From Gemmatimonadales bacterium (lineage in GTDB: Bacteria; Gemmatimonadota; Gemmatimonadetes; Gemmatimonadales; GWC2-71-9), in assembly GCA_038320055.1 (NCBI GenBank), contig JBBQDU010000003.1, positions 1 to 43,492 of the forward strand: DNA of 43,492 bases. Reading direction: 5' to 3'. Positions within the stretch are counted from its first letter, which is position 1. Each line of letters opens with the position of its first letter. A program made the translations under genes and the position numbers. Below, one piece after another: positions 8,342-17,691 of this stretch. The notes beneath the pieces were generated by a model, which saw nothing but the letters and a program-made list of their open reading frames with translations, searched no databases and was not told the DNA's origin.

Positions 8342-9411
8342 TGTGCCGCCATTCTGGCCAGCTCCTCGGCGACCCGCGTCGCAATGTCGCCGACGGGCAG
8401 CACGTGCGTCGCACCTCCCGCCTGCACGGCTGCGTTGGGCATGCCGAAGATCGTGGCGGTCTCTCGATCCTGTGCGATGCCGACCCCGCCGGCATCGCGC
8501 ATCTGGCGGAGGCCCTCCGCGCCGTCGCGGCCCAACCCGGTCAGCACGACCCCGACCGCGCGGGGCCCGAACGTACGGGCGACGCTCCGAAAGAGCGGGT
8601 CGGCCGCCGGACGCACGCCCCACACCGCGGGCTCCTGGTCCAGCGCCAGGCGGACGTCCTCGCCGGCGGTCACGACGCGCATATGGTAATCCCCCGGCGC
8701 CACGTACGCGGTGTCCGCCAAGAGCGGCGCGCCGTGTTCCGCCTCGACCACGTTGAGCCGACTCTGAGCGGCCAGCCGTTCGGCCAGACTGCGGGTGAAT
8801 TTGGGAGGCATGTGCTGCACGATGAGCACCGCCGCTTGCTGTCCGATCGGGAGCGCGGGCACGACCTCCGCCAAGGCGCGCGGCCCCCCGGTGGACGCCG
8901 CGATCGCCGCGCACTGGCGGGCCCGCCCCGGGAGCGCGAACATCGCCGGCATGTGCGCGCCGCGCGCCGGCCGCGCCAGCACCGGCATCCGGAGGATCGC
9001 GGCGCTCTCCACGGTGCGGAGCGTACCCAGCAACCGCTCGGCGAATCCGGCGATGGCCGCCGGGCTCCGCGCCTCTTCCTTGGCGACGAGATCCACGGCG
9101 CCCAGCTCGAGCGCCCGGATGGCCGCGGCGGTGCCTGGCCCGGCATACGAACTGACGACCACGATCGGGCGCGGCGATTCCGACATGATGTATCCGATCG
9201 CCCCGAGCCCGTCGAGCTCCGGCATCTCCAGATCCATGAGGACGAGATCGGGCGACTGCTCGTGGACCCGCCGTACCGCGTCCATTCCGTTGCGGGCCGT
9301 GCCGACCACCCGAAACTCGGGACTCTCCCCGACGATGTCGGTGAGGAGCCGGCGGAAGAACGGGCTGTCGTCGACGACGAGCACCGTCCGGCGCTCAGAG
9401 AGTCCGGACAC
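8338..9411 (-). CDS. cheB: Chemotaxis methylesterase CheB (receiver + esterase)
   Basis: Receiver VVDDS...MDLEMP; catalytic ASTGG, QHMP, GRDG; RPAADPLF. Confidence 0.95.
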   Translation of the reverse strand: MSGLSERRTVLVVDDSPFFRRLLTDIVGESPEFRVVGTARNGMDAVRRVHEQSPDLVLMDLEMPELDGLGAIGYIMSESPRPIVVVSSYAGPGTAAAIRALELGAVDLVAKEEARSPAAIAGFAERLLGTLRTVESAAILRMPVLARPARGAHMPAMFALPGRARQCAAIAASTGGPRALAEVVPALPIGQQAAVLIVQHMPPKFTRSLAERLAAQSRLNVVEAEHGAPLLADTAYVAPGDYHMRVVTAGEDVRLALDQEPAVWGVRPAADPLFRSVARTFGPRAVGVVLTGLGRDGAEGLRQMRDAGGVGIAQDRETATIFGMPNAAVQAGGATHVLPVGDIATRVAEELARMAAQ

Positions 9412-9883
9412 CGTGCGCCACCGTGCTCACCTCCACCCGACCGTCGGCCACCCACAGCCTGACCGTTCGGCCGTAGTCGCCACCCGTGGCCTCGCCCTTG
9501 AGCGCGAGGCCGTGAGCGTACAACGCCTGCCGGCACGCGACGATGTTCCGCTCGCCCATCTGGATCGTGCCGCCCGAGGCCAGCCCGCCGAACATGCTCG
9601 CCCCGCCGGCCAGCCGGCCCGTGATGCGCCGAGCGGCGGCGCCGTGCTGCGCCATGAGATCCAGCAGCATGGGCACAGCCGTCTGCGGGAACTTGGCGGG
9701 GCTGGCATCCTTCCGGGCCAGCGCGGGCGACGGCAGCAACACGTGCGCCAGGCCGCCAACGCGTGCCTGGGGGTCGTACAACAGGATCGCGACGCAGCTG
9801 CCCAGGCCGACCGTGGTCAGGATGTCGTCACCGGTCCCGGCGCGCAGATCGGCGACCCTGACGAGAATCTCGGTCCCGCTCAT
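9395..9883 (-). CDS. cheD: Chemoreceptor glutamine deamidase CheD
   Basis: [37 protein letters not shown]. Confidence 0.95.
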   Translation of the reverse strand: MSGTEILVRVADLRAGTGDDILTTVGLGSCVAILLYDPQARVGGLAHVLLPSPALARKDASPAKFPQTAVPMLLDLMAQHGAAARRITGRLAGGASMFGGLASGGTIQMGERNIVACRQALYAHGLALKGEATGGDYGRTVRLWVADGRVEVSTVAHGVRTL

Positions 9884-10698
9884 AGCGGCCGCCGGTAGAG
9901 GCGCTCACGCGGGTCGACGAGACTGAGGCGGTCGCGTGCGGCGCCCGACAGGGTCTCCACCTTTCCGAGTACCAGGTAGCCCCCGGGCACGAGCGCCTCG
10001 GCAAAGGCCTGAAACAGCTGCTCCTGCATGGGACGGTCGAAGTAGATCACGACATTGCGACAGAGGATGAGGTCGTAGCCGGTTCGGATCGGCGGCTCGC
10101 AGGTGAGGTCGAGCGCCCGCACCTGGACCCGTCGGCGAACGTGCTCCACCACGCGCCGATCGGTTCCACACGCCTCGAAGTAGGGCCGAGCCAGCTCATC
10201 GGGCATCTCGGTCAGCGCTTCCGCGGGGTAGCGGGCCGCGCACGCCCGGTCGAGGCTCGTCCGGTCGATGTCGGTGGCGTCAATCGTGAGGCGGCCCAGC
10301 TCGACGCCCCTGCCGCCGCCGTCGAGATGGGCCGCCGCCAGGATCGCGAGCGTGTACGGTTCCTCGCCGGAGGCACACCCGGCGCTCCAGACACGGACCT
10401 CGGGCCGCCCGGCGTCGAGCAGCGCGGGCAGCACCTGCCGCCGAAGGAGATTCCAGGTCTCCGCGTTCCGATAGAACCGCGTGACGTTGATGGTCAGCGC
10501 GTCCCGAAGGCGGTCGTATTCCCCCGGCAGGCGGTCGAGCAACGCGCGGTAGTCGTCGTAGGTATGGACCCCGCACGCACGCATGCGGACGGCGATCCGC
10601 CGCCGGATACACTTGTCCTTGTACACCGCGAGGGCGAAGCCGCTGGTGTGCGTGATCTGCCGCGCCAGAGCCGCGAAGCCCATGTCGTCGCCGGTCAC
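9880..10698 (-). CDS. cheR: Chemotaxis methyltransferase CheR
   Basis: GTG 10698 (GTGA overlap with upstream gene); LTINVTRFYRN, VWSAGCASGEEPY, ATDID, DLILCRNVVIYF. Confidence 0.94.
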   Translation of the reverse strand: MTGDDMGFAALARQITHTSGFALAVYKDKCIRRRIAVRMRACGVHTYDDYRALLDRLPGEYDRLRDALTINVTRFYRNAETWNLLRRQVLPALLDAGRPEVRVWSAGCASGEEPYTLAILAAAHLDGGGRGVELGRLTIDATDIDRTSLDRACAARYPAEALTEMPDELARPYFEACGTDRRVVEHVRRRVQVRALDLTCEPPIRTGYDLILCRNVVIYFDRPMQEQLFQAFAEALVPGGYLVLGKVETLSGAARDRLSLVDPRERLYRRPL

Positions 10699-12311
10699 GG
10701 GACCATGTCCAGCATCTCCAGGTTCGCGCGCGCGAGGGCGTGGCCGGGGTTCAGCGTGGTCGCCCGGCTCCACCGCTCGCGCGCCATCGCCTTGTCCCGG
10801 CGCTTGTAGGCGATGTTGCCGAGCTTGAAGTACAGGTCGTCGCCCAGATCCGGCGCCAGCTTCGCGGCGCGCTCGTACGCCTCGCGGGCCTCGTCGTAGC
10901 GGCCGTTCCGGTAGAGGATGTCGGCCAGGTTCTTCGAGATCTGCGGCAGCGACGGATCCTCCGACAGCGCCGCGCGGAGGGCCGCTTCCGCCCCGGCCAC
11001 GTCGCCGGTGAGCTCGAGCAGGACGGCGAGATTGTTCTGCAGCGCCGCGCTCGCGGGATACTCCGCGATCCCGCCCCGGGCCGCCCGGAGCGCCCCGGGC
11101 GTGTCGTCGTGGCCGGCGCTCGCGAGCGTCGCCGCCCAGTACCACAGCGCCGGCGCGGCCGTGCCACCGTGGAGCTGGCGCGTCTGCAGCAGACGCACCA
11201 GCGCGACCGGGAAGTCGCCGCGCTTGAGCGCCAGTACGCTCCAGCCGAGCATGATGCGGGCATCGGCGGGGGCGCGCGAGGCGGCGGCCCCGAGCGCCGC
11301 TTCCGCCTCGTCGAGCCGATTGAGGCGCTCGAGCGCGTAGCCCCGGTTGTGCAGCGCCGCGGCGCCGCCGGTGCCGGCCGTCGCCGCTCGCTCGAACGCC
11401 TCGGCGGCCTCCTCCCACCGCGACTGGCGCACCGCGATGAGACCGAGGTAGAACGGGGCGCTCGGATCGGCCGGCCGCAGCTCGGCCACCCGGCGAAATT
11501 CGCGGAGCGCTTCGTCGAGCATCGCCGCCTTGTAGAAGGCGACCCCCAGATTCCGATGCTCCTCCACCCGTCCCTCGGGGACTTTCGGCGCGGCCGGCGC
11601 CGAGGTCCCGACCCGGTGCGCGAAGCCGGCGGTAATCAGCCCGAACAGCGCCTTCCCGACCTCGAAGTCGACCAGACCCGAAGTGTCGATAAGCGCCTGC
11701 ACGTCCCGGGAGCCGTCGAGCAGCGGGTACAGGCGCTGTTGCTCCGCCGAGAGGTCGCTCGTGGACTGCGCGATGCGGGCGGGGTCGATGGCGAAAATAA
11801 GGTCGAACGAGGGAATCTTCTTTTCAATGAGACTCCACTCGTCCACCCGCCGGGCGCCCTCGAGCAGCAGGAACTCGGGATTGATACGGACGAGAAAATC
11901 CTGTTGCTCGGGCTGGAGACCGGCCTCGAAGTTGAACGTTCCGGAGGTCCACGTAAACAGAAAGTAGACGGCCTCTTCGATCTGGAGGCGCATATAGCTC
12001 TCGAGCTCGTCGCGCCGGAGCGCGCCCTCGTCGACGAGAATCTCGCCGAGCTTCCGCCCGCGGTTCCCGTCCTGACGCGCGATCGCCTGCTGGAGGACTT
12101 CCTGCGTGATGCGCCCGCTTCGCAGGAGAATGTCGCCCAGCCGATCCCGGCGGTTCACGATCGCGGCGTAGACGATGCGGCCATCGTCGAAGTAGATCGT
12201 CCCGAAATTGTGCCGGTCGGCCAGGGCCAGGCAGCCGGTGCGGCGTCCCAGGAACAGGAGCTGGATCACGTCGGGGAGGCTGGCCTCCTTCAGGCTTCCC
12301 TTGATCGCCAT
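10695..12311 (-). CDS. DUF4388 (PatA_N-like) + MshEN-like + TPR protein
   Basis: Starts MAIKGSLKEASLPDVIQLL...RRTGCL (TGATG overlap); tandem RLGDIL/KLGEIL motifs; W-x-x-G-x-F-x-F; LLLEGARRVDEW; C-terminal TPRs. Confidence 0.88.
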   Translation of the reverse strand: MAIKGSLKEASLPDVIQLLFLGRRTGCLALADRHNFGTIYFDDGRIVYAAIVNRRDRLGDILLRSGRITQEVLQQAIARQDGNRGRKLGEILVDEGALRRDELESYMRLQIEEAVYFLFTWTSGTFNFEAGLQPEQQDFLVRINPEFLLLEGARRVDEWSLIEKKIPSFDLIFAIDPARIAQSTSDLSAEQQRLYPLLDGSRDVQALIDTSGLVDFEVGKALFGLITAGFAHRVGTSAPAAPKVPEGRVEEHRNLGVAFYKAAMLDEALREFRRVAELRPADPSAPFYLGLIAVRQSRWEEAAEAFERAATAGTGGAAALHNRGYALERLNRLDEAEAALGAAASRAPADARIMLGWSVLALKRGDFPVALVRLLQTRQLHGGTAAPALWYWAATLASAGHDDTPGALRAARGGIAEYPASAALQNNLAVLLELTGDVAGAEAALRAALSEDPSLPQISKNLADILYRNGRYDEAREAYERAAKLAPDLGDDLYFKLGNIAYKRRDKAMARERWSRATTLNPGHALARANLEMLDMVP

Positions 12312-14344
12312 CAGCGCCAGTCCTCGATGATGCGATCGCCGACCGTGGGCCATTCCCACACCATCTTCTCGCGGCTCCGGGTAGCGCCGGCCCCGGCCGC
12401 GACGATCCCGCTGGAGCGCGACGCCGCCGGCTGCGCGGCGGCCGGAGCCGGCACGTCTTCGAGCAGCACGCGCGCCATCGCCACGTCAGGCGAGGCACCC
12501 TCGCCCGCGGCGGCCTCGAGCACCCGCTGCAATAGCGCCTGCACCGCGCGCATCGAATCGGCGGGCCGGGCGGCCAGATACGCGGCCAGCTCGGCGTCGG
12601 CGGTGCCGTAGCGGGTCTCGAGTTCGCGGATGAGGACGCGCTCGCGGACGGCCGCGTCGGGCAGCGGCCATTCGACGACCAGGCCCCCCTCCAACCGGGT
12701 GCGGAGCCGTGCCTCGACGCCGGTCAGCTCGGCCATCGGCAGGGCCGAGGTGAAGACGAGCTGCCGCCCCTCGCCGATCAAGGCGTTGAAGAGCACGAAG
12801 AGCTCTTCCTGGGTGCGGTCCTTGTCGGCGACGAGGTGAACGTCGTCAAGCAGAAAGGCCGTGGCGCGGCGATAGCGAGCCCGCCATGCCGCCACGGCGT
12901 CGCGGTCGATCGCCTCAATGAGCTCGCCCGTGAACTCGGCGGCGCTGAGACACGCCACCGGACCGCCTCGCTCACCGAGGGCGTTGCCGATCGCGTGCAG
13001 CACGTGGGTCTTCCCGACCGCGCCGCCACCGATCAGCACAAGAGGGTTGTAGCGCTCGCCCGGTTCGGCCACGACGGCGCGCACCGCCTCGAATCCCATC
13101 CGGGTGGCCACGGTCTCGACGAGACCGTCGAGCCGCCACAGCGGCGACGGGGCCGGCGGGGGGGGACCTTCCTCTCGTGCCTGCCGGAGGGCCTCCGCGG
13201 CCGCGTCGAGGTTCGCCGGATCCTGGAAGGCCGCCGACCCCGCGAGCTCCGGGGCGAGCGCGGCGGCCTCCGCACGCATATGCTGCAGACGCTCGACATC
13301 CTCTTCGTACTCGCGCAGCGTCCGGGCAGGGTCGCCCACCATCTCCCGGGCGAGGAGCGCTTCGAGCTGCGTGGTGCGAAACCCTTCTCCCTGCCAGCGC
13401 AGGATGGTGGCACTCACCTGGCCGCGCCAGGCATCCACCTGCTGGGCAACGGTGTGGGAGATCTCCGACAGAAAATCGTCGAACTCATCCGAGGCCGGAG
13501 CCTCGGCGGCGAGATCGTGCCCCGAAACCTCCGCCGACGGGCGCTCCGCGGGGGGATCCTCGACCAATCCGGCTTCCGGGGATCCATACGCTGCCGCCGG
13601 ACTCTGCGTCGCGGCCGGCGTCTCAACCTCGCCGCCGACCAGCATCCTGGCTTCCGCGGGCGTCAGCGGCTTTTCGCTCACGGCCTGGAAGGCGATCAGC
13701 CGATTGAGGGCGCCCAGCAGCTCCCGGACGTTGTCGATGCCAAGGGTCGCCACGGCCTCGAGCACACCACCGTCGAAGGCGGCGCGGCGCTCCTCGGCCT
13801 TGCGGCGCAAGATGGCGACCCGGGTCTCGTAGTCCGGCGCCGACACGTCGATGATCAAGCCGCCCGCGAAGCGCCGGCTCAGCCGCTCGTCGAGCGCCTC
13901 GATCTCGGCGGGTGGCCGGTCGCTGGTCAGCACGATCTGTCGGTTGGCCGTCTGGAGCGCGTCCGTCAGGCGCAACAGCTCCGCCTGCATCTCGCGACGG
14001 TGGGTGAGGAACTGGACGTCGTCCACGAGCAGGAGGTCCACGTCGAGAAAGCGCTTGCGGTACGCCTCGCCGTGACCGGCGGCGATGGCGGCGTGAAAGG
14101 CCTCGACGAATTCGTCGAGCGTGAGGTACTCCACCGTGAGCCGGGGATTGATCGCCCGGGCGGCGTGGCCGATGGCCATGAGGAGGTGGGTCTTGCCGAG
14201 CCCCGGGCGCGCATAGACGAAGAGCGGGTTGTACACCGTCCCCGGCGACTCCGCCACGGCCTTGGCCGCGGTGGCCGCGAGGCGGTTCGCCGCGCCCACG
14301 ACCAGCGTGTCGAAGCGGTAGAGCGGATTGAGCGTCACAGTCAC
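12311..14344 (-). CDS. Tandem DnaA/Hda-family AAA+ ATPase lacking DnaA domains I and IV
   Basis: Module 1: LNPLYRFDTLVVGAAN, YNPLFVYARPGLGKTHL, LLVDDVQFL, LDERLSRRF, NVREL. Module 2: YNPLVLIGGGAVGKTHVL, FLLDDVH, TQEELF, ARLRTRLEGGL. No C-terminal DnaA-box-binding HTH. Confidence 0.9.
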   Translation of the reverse strand: MTVTLNPLYRFDTLVVGAANRLAATAAKAVAESPGTVYNPLFVYARPGLGKTHLLMAIGHAARAINPRLTVEYLTLDEFVEAFHAAIAAGHGEAYRKRFLDVDLLLVDDVQFLTHRREMQAELLRLTDALQTANRQIVLTSDRPPAEIEALDERLSRRFAGGLIIDVSAPDYETRVAILRRKAEERRAAFDGGVLEAVATLGIDNVRELLGALNRLIAFQAVSEKPLTPAEARMLVGGEVETPAATQSPAAAYGSPEAGLVEDPPAERPSAEVSGHDLAAEAPASDEFDDFLSEISHTVAQQVDAWRGQVSATILRWQGEGFRTTQLEALLAREMVGDPARTLREYEEDVERLQHMRAEAAALAPELAGSAAFQDPANLDAAAEALRQAREEGPPPPAPSPLWRLDGLVETVATRMGFEAVRAVVAEPGERYNPLVLIGGGAVGKTHVLHAIGNALGERGGPVACLSAAEFTGELIEAIDRDAVAAWRARYRRATAFLLDDVHLVADKDRTQEELFVLFNALIGEGRQLVFTSALPMAELTGVEARLRTRLEGGLVVEWPLPDAAVRERVLIRELETRYGTADAELAAYLAARPADSMRAVQALLQRVLEAAAGEGASPDVAMARVLLEDVPAPAAAQPAASRSSGIVAAGAGATRSREKMVWEWPTVGDRIIEDWR

Positions 14345-14943
14345 GCGATCGCCCCTCCCACGGCCAGCCGCTTGAGCACCAGCTCGGAGACCCCGCGCAG
14401 GGTCTCGAACACCCCGTTCCCGTGCAGAGCGTCGGCCCCGAAGCTCGGCACCTCCCGGAAGTTGAGCGCGTCGTCCATCTCCTCGTGAGAGAGGATCAGG
14501 TCGCCCGGGAGATCCTGCTTGTTGTACTGGAACACCACCGGCAGCCGCCGGATGTCCACTCCCTGCGCCAGAAGATTGTCCTGCAGGTTCTGCAGACTCT
14601 CCAGGTTGTCGTCGAAGCGGCGGGCCTGGCTGTCACCCACGAAGACCACGCCGTCGGCCCCCTGCAGTACCAGCTTCCTGGTCGCGTTGTAGTAGCTCTG
14701 GCCGGGCACCGTGTAGAGCTGGAACTTGGTGGTGAAGCTCGAGATGGTCCCCAGCTCCAACGGCAGAAAGTCGAAGAAGAGCGTGCGGTCGGTCTGGGTC
14801 GCGAGGGAGACCATGCGGCCGCGACGGCTCTCGGGTACGCGCCCGTAGACGTACTGCAGGTTGGTCGTCTTGCCCGACCGTCCCGGTCCGTAGTAGACGA
14901 TCTTGCAGGTGATCTCACGGGCCGTGAAGTTGACGAGAGACAT
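14341..14943 (-). CDS. mglA: MglA-family small Ras-like GTPase
   Basis: MSLVNFTAREITCKIVYYGPGRSGKTTNL, TDRTLFFDFLP, LYTVPGQ, TRKLVLQGADGVVFV, NKQDL. Confidence 0.95.
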   Translation of the reverse strand: MSLVNFTAREITCKIVYYGPGRSGKTTNLQYVYGRVPESRRGRMVSLATQTDRTLFFDFLPLELGTISSFTTKFQLYTVPGQSYYNATRKLVLQGADGVVFVGDSQARRFDDNLESLQNLQDNLLAQGVDIRRLPVVFQYNKQDLPGDLILSHEEMDDALNFREVPSFGADALHGNGVFETLRGVSELVLKRLAVGGAIA

Positions 14944-14948
14944 GCCGA

Positions 14949-15413
14949 TTACCGTCCGAAAAGCGCTTTGAGGCTGGCGTCGAGCTCGGTCTCGAAATTT
15001 TCCGCCAGCATCGGTGGGGCTGCTGCCACGTCCCGCGGCGCCGCGGCCGCGAGCTGACGCACCAGCCGGTCGAAGAACAGCCGCACGATGCCCACCGAGG
15101 TCTCGGGCCCGAACACCACCAGGCCGATCCACCGCCCCCGCGGCGTCGGGAACGCGGCGAGCATGCAGCTCTGCCGCTGCCCGTTGTGCACGAGCGCCTC
15201 GTACGGCGTGGCCCCCATGAGGCGGGCCAGCTCGTCGGTCGAGGCCACGATGCCGGCGCCCAGCGCGGCGGCGCTCATGACGTCCAGCGAGCGGGAGAAG
15301 CCGTGCTGCGCCACCACCTGCCCCGAGCTGGTCATGAGCAGCGTCAGGCGGGCCGCACTCTCGGCGAGAAACGTCTCGAGCGGCTCTGCCACCCACGGCT
15401 CGAGTGCCCGCAT
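14949..15413 (-). CDS. mglB: Roadblock/LC7 protein, MglB-like
   Basis: 154 aa; LLMTSSGQVVAQHG, AAALGAGIVASTDELARLMG, VVFGPETSVGIVRL; immediately upstream of mglA. Confidence 0.8.
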   Translation of the reverse strand: MRALEPWVAEPLETFLAESAARLTLLMTSSGQVVAQHGFSRSLDVMSAAALGAGIVASTDELARLMGATPYEALVHNGQRQSCMLAAFPTPRGRWIGLVVFGPETSVGIVRLFFDRLVRQLAAAAPRDVAAAPPMLAENFETELDASLKALFGR

Positions 15414-15760
15414 CAGCCGAGGCGCTCCGCCGCCTCGAGCATCGCCAGGCGGGCCAGGCCGAGATCGGCCTCGGGGCCCACGACGGCCACCAGCACCAGG
15501 TCGTTGGGGCCGGGCGCCGCCAACACGCTCCCCGCCTCGCCCCTGAGGTGCACAAAGGCCGGCGGACCGACGCCGGCGGCGGCCGCGGTACGCGAGAGCC
15601 GTCCGACCAGACTCCCGGTCAGCGCCGCCGCCGCCTGACCATCCACATCGTCCATGAGCTGCTCCGCCACCACCAGGCCGTCCGACGCGGCAACCACGAG
15701 CGCGCCGCGTACCCCGGGGATCCGGGTGACCTGGTCGAGCGCGGTCTGCGTGGCGGTCAT
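15413..15760 (-). CDS. Roadblock/LC7 protein (second paralog)
   Basis: IPGVRGALVVAASDGLVV, AAAALTGSL, ADLGLARLAM; ATG 15760 overlaps the upstream stop. Confidence 0.85.
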   Translation of the reverse strand: MTATQTALDQVTRIPGVRGALVVAASDGLVVAEQLMDDVDGQAAAALTGSLVGRLSRTAAAAGVGPPAFVHLRGEAGSVLAAPGPNDLVLVAVVGPEADLGLARLAMLEAAERLG

Positions 15761-16647
15761 TCCGACACCTCCAGCCACGCGCGCGCGGCCCGTGCCGCCC
15801 GCTCGGCGACGAGGGTCACCCTCGCCATGGGCAGCGACGCCTCGCGCGCCGCGAGCAGCATCGTGTCCGGCGTCGGCGGCGTGAGCACGATCTGGCCACC
15901 GGGCGACTCGACCGCGATGACGTGCCAGCTGCCCAACCCTAGGAGGCGCGTGGTGCGCGCGGCCTCCCGCGACACGCCCGCCAGCTGGGCCGCCACACGG
16001 TCGCCCGCGTCGTGACCGTCCGGGCCCTCGAGCCGTCCACCGAGTCGGAGGCCCCGCGCATCGACGAGCAGCAGACCTCGCTCACCGCCGTCCAGATCAT
16101 CGAAGAGTGATGGCCGACCGCGCGGCGCGCCCTGGGCTGCGGCGGTCGGCGGCATCGGGGCCTCGAATTGGGCCGGTGCGTCCGGCTGGGCCGCCCCGGC
16201 CCCCACCGGCTCCGCCTCCGCCTGGGACGAAGCCACCGCGGCCGCGCGGACCTCGGCCCCGATCCGCGACAGCGCGCCGGGAATCGAGCGGTCGTCCGGA
16301 TCCACGTCCAGCGCGCGCTGCAGGTAGTCGAGCGCGGCAGCCGGGTCGCCCGCCCGGTAATAGAGGAAGGCGATGCCCTTGAGCGCGCCGCTCCGCATCG
16401 GATCGAGCTGCAGGGCCGACGACCAGGCGTCGAATCCCCCGGCCAGGTCGTCACGGTCCACGAGCACGCGCGCGAGGAGATCGTGCGCATCGGCCAGCCC
16501 GGGATAGTGCACGATGCCTCCGCGCGCGACCTTGTAGGCCGCATCGAGCTGACCCCGGCGGCGCAGCGCCTCGGCGAGCTCGAGGAACGCGAGGCTCCCC
16601 GGCTCGTCGGCGAGGCGTGCGGTCAGCGCGCGGATGTCGTCAGTCAT
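15757..16647 (-). CDS. TPR + C-terminal Roadblock/LC7 fusion protein
   Basis: From ATG 16647: AFLELAEALRRRGQLDAA and three further TPR-like units, Ala/Pro linker, then GLLLVDARGLRLGG...VAAQLAGVSREAARTTRLLGLGSW Roadblock pattern. Confidence 0.8.
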   Translation of the reverse strand: MTDDIRALTARLADEPGSLAFLELAEALRRRGQLDAAYKVARGGIVHYPGLADAHDLLARVLVDRDDLAGGFDAWSSALQLDPMRSGALKGIAFLYYRAGDPAAALDYLQRALDVDPDDRSIPGALSRIGAEVRAAAVASSQAEAEPVGAGAAQPDAPAQFEAPMPPTAAAQGAPRGRPSLFDDLDGGERGLLLVDARGLRLGGRLEGPDGHDAGDRVAAQLAGVSREAARTTRLLGLGSWHVIAVESPGGQIVLTPPTPDTMLLAAREASLPMARVTLVAERAARAARAWLEVSE

Positions 16648-17689
16648 GGTAGCGCTCCAACTCTCTGAGAATCGTCTCCGCCGCCTGGCGCAGGCGCTCG
16701 ACCGACGAGGTTTCCTCATCCTCGCCCGGGGTTCTCGTGTCGAGGCGGAACCACGACGCCCAGAGATCGAGCGCCTCGCGGTGCCGCCCGAGGGCGGCGT
16801 AGCACAGTCCGAGCAAACGCCGCGCCTCCGGCATGAGCGGATCGGTCTGCAGCAGCTCCTCGAGCGCCCCGGCCGCGAGCCCGTACTCCCGCTGGGCGAG
16901 CGCTTCACGGGCGGGTACGAGCAGTGCCGCCAGATCGCGACCCGGCTCCGCGTCCCGACCCGGGTGCGCCGGATCCTCCAGGGTGACGACGCCGGCGGTG
17001 GTCAGCCCGTAGACGGTCCGCGCCACTTCGAACTCCGAGCGGCCCAGCACTTCCGCGAGCGAGTGCAGGTCGCGCGCGCCGTCGACAGCGGCCAGCACCT
17101 CCCACTCGAACGGCACCAGGTCGAGCGGTTCCCCGCCCTGCGCGTCGGGAGCCGGAAGCCGTGGGACCATCCGGAGGTGCGACACCTTGGACCCGATGCG
17201 CGACCATTCGTCGATCCGGCGCGCGGCCTCCATGAGGAGCGCCTCTGTCGGAAAGCGGACCGGCGCTTCGACGGCCGCCTGGCAGACCGCCCCTTCCTCG
17301 AAGCGGAAGTAGCCCTCCGACCAGCGCATGAGCTCGAAGACGGCTTCCTCGATCTGCGTCTTGAGCTGCCGGTCCAGCTCGCGGCGCGTGATGACGCCGA
17401 GGCCCACCAGGATGTCGCCCAGGCGCCGAGCGTCGCCCCCGCTCTGCATGCTGCGGGCCCGCTCGATCTCGGCGCCGGTGATCTTCCCGGCCCGTACCAG
17501 GCGCGCGCCGAGCGGTTGCGGATCGCTGCCGACCGCGGCGGCGACCACGCCGCCGCGGTCGAAACAGACGGTGCCGGCGCTCTGCCGAAGCTCGGATGTG
17601 ACCCGCAGCACCCCGCTCTTCCGGCCCAGGTCGAGCAACTGGAAGACGTCCGGGATGTGCAGGTCCTTGAGCGGCCCTTCGAGCGCCAC
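16640..17689 (-). CDS. DUF4388 + MshEN-like protein with C-terminal TPR
   Basis: GTG 17689: ALEGPLKDLHIPDVFQLL...RKSGVL, PLGARLV/RLGDILV, WSEGYFRF, LLMEAARRIDEW; paralog of 10695-12311. Confidence 0.87.
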   Translation of the reverse strand: MALEGPLKDLHIPDVFQLLDLGRKSGVLRVTSELRQSAGTVCFDRGGVVAAAVGSDPQPLGARLVRAGKITGAEIERARSMQSGGDARRLGDILVGLGVITRRELDRQLKTQIEEAVFELMRWSEGYFRFEEGAVCQAAVEAPVRFPTEALLMEAARRIDEWSRIGSKVSHLRMVPRLPAPDAQGGEPLDLVPFEWEVLAAVDGARDLHSLAEVLGRSEFEVARTVYGLTTAGVVTLEDPAHPGRDAEPGRDLAALLVPAREALAQREYGLAAGALEELLQTDPLMPEARRLLGLCYAALGRHREALDLWASWFRLDTRTPGEDEETSSVERLRQAAETILRELERYHD

Positions 17690-17691
17690 GG

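Noticed and set aside
11965-11990. QIEEAV segments in the DUF4388 proteins as CheR methylation sites
   Set aside because: Weak match to the MCP methylation consensus; more simply part of the DUF4388 fold.
12311-14344. Calling this the replication initiator dnaA with a nearby oriC
   Set aside because: No domain I or IV, no dnaN/recF/gyrB/rpmH neighbours, no flanking intergenic space, and no DnaA-box cluster noticed.
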